Sequence record: OX637807.1
Direction: 5' to 3' (one strand)
Length of the DNA: 32,000 nucleotides
A program made the translations under genes and the position numbers. Below are positions 31,216-32,000 of the stretch, one piece after another. The notes beneath the pieces are model-generated. The model ran no database searches. It had not been told where the DNA came from and saw nothing but the letters and a program-made list of their open reading frames with translations. Every line of letters begins with the position of its first letter. The first letter of the stretch is position 1.

Positions 31216-31974
31216 AAACAATATTTGCTCTCCTAATATGAAAATATTAGGTAATAAACTAACTCTAAACGGTAAAAGCCTTACAAACAAGGTCAATACC
31301 GTGGATAAAAAATATTCTGAAGTTTTTTTAGCCTGATTGGCAGGATTTTTTGAAGGTGATGGTGTAATATTATGTTATGTTGATAAAGCAAAAGGTTATA
31401 AATTTAAATTTAGAACAAGAGTAATAATAAAATTGTCTCAAAAATCTAATAAAGTATTAGAAGAGATAAAAAAAGATTTGCAATTAGGAAATATCATTTT
31501 AAATAAAAGAAATGATAATAAATTTAATTCTTTTGAATTAGTTATAGCTAATCAAGAAGATGTATTATTGTTTATAAATCTTATTACACCTTATGTTAGA
31601 TTTAAAAAGATTCAATTAGAAATTGCAATAAAAATATTAACAAATAGAAAAAAAATTTCATCTGAAAAAGATGTCTTACAATTAGCTAAATTAGCTGATT
31701 CTTTAAGTATATTAAATACAAGAACTAATAATGACGGTAAAAAATATACTACATTGATTAAAGAATATTTTAATCTGTAACGACTGATTAAATATTTTAA
31801 AACTTCTTACTGTACATAAGTACAAAAAGGTAAACACAAACTATTTATGAAAAAGAAATTAATTTCTTTTAAACGGTTAGTATCTAAGTAATTAGTTATT
31901 TAAATTAAAAATTTAAATAACTAGTTATAAGATAAAGGTATAGTCTAATCTGTAAGGTAACTTACAGGCTATTG
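31216..31974 (+). mobile_element. group I intron atp9-i1
   Basis: S-like aaggtatagtct at 31936-31947. The intron ends in G (31974). Splicing restores GAG-V-GIGVVFSG, which fits the conserved atp9 glycine-rich helix. Confidence 0.8.
31217..31780 (+). CDS. single-motif LAGLIDADG homing endonuclease, in frame with atp9 exon 1
   Basis: The frame continues from exon 1 through TGA=Trp (31334) to TAA at 31778-31780. Only one dodecapeptide motif is present (WLAGFFEGDGVI), followed by about 140 residues, a size that fits homodimeric single-motif enzymes. Confidence 0.8.
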
Positions 31975-32000
31975 AGGTATCGGAGTTGTTTTCTCTGGAC
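31975..32000 (+). CDS. atp9: ATP synthase subunit 9, exon 2 (5' part, runs off the window)
   Basis: a ggt atc gga gtt gtt ttc tct gga c encodes (V)GIGVVFSG. Confidence 0.8.

Overview
The window reads as fungal-type mitochondrial DNA. It is very AT-rich, and TGA must be read as Trp (translation table 4). The supplied ORF track uses the standard code and so breaks real genes at TGA. No searches were run; every family call rests on motifs I recognise in my own translations.

All core genes are on the + strand:
- cox3, 3 exons (6904-10672)
- nad4L (11705-11971), overlapping nad5 by 1 nt
- nad5, 7 exons (11971-21589), including a 20-nt mini-exon
- nad6, 2 exons (22170-24067)
- trnI(GAU) (26455-26526)
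- an orphan 363-codon membrane-protein ORF (26944-28035), flanked by direct repeats of about 200 bp
- atp9 exon 1, its intron, and the start of exon 2 (31148-32000)

Ten group I introns interrupt these genes. Each carries a homing-endonuclease ORF: six look intact (all LAGLIDADG) and three are decayed (two LAGLIDADG, one GIY-YIG). One more decayed LAGLIDADG ORF lies outside the introns, just downstream of the cox3 stop.

The left 6.4 kb is an accessory region. It holds three relics of plasmid-type family-B DNA polymerase (dpo), arranged head to head, plus unidentified ORF remnants.

Points worth a second look:
- an apparent replacement of the cox3 C-terminus, with the displaced old C-terminus still present downstream
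- paralogous introns in nad5 and nad6 that share the same 5' exon context and candidate guide sequence
- a LAGLIDADG ORF with a NUMOD1-like C-terminal tail
- a strand-specific C-run motif downstream of ORFs
- two ORF-free AT-rich stretches of about 2.4 kb each
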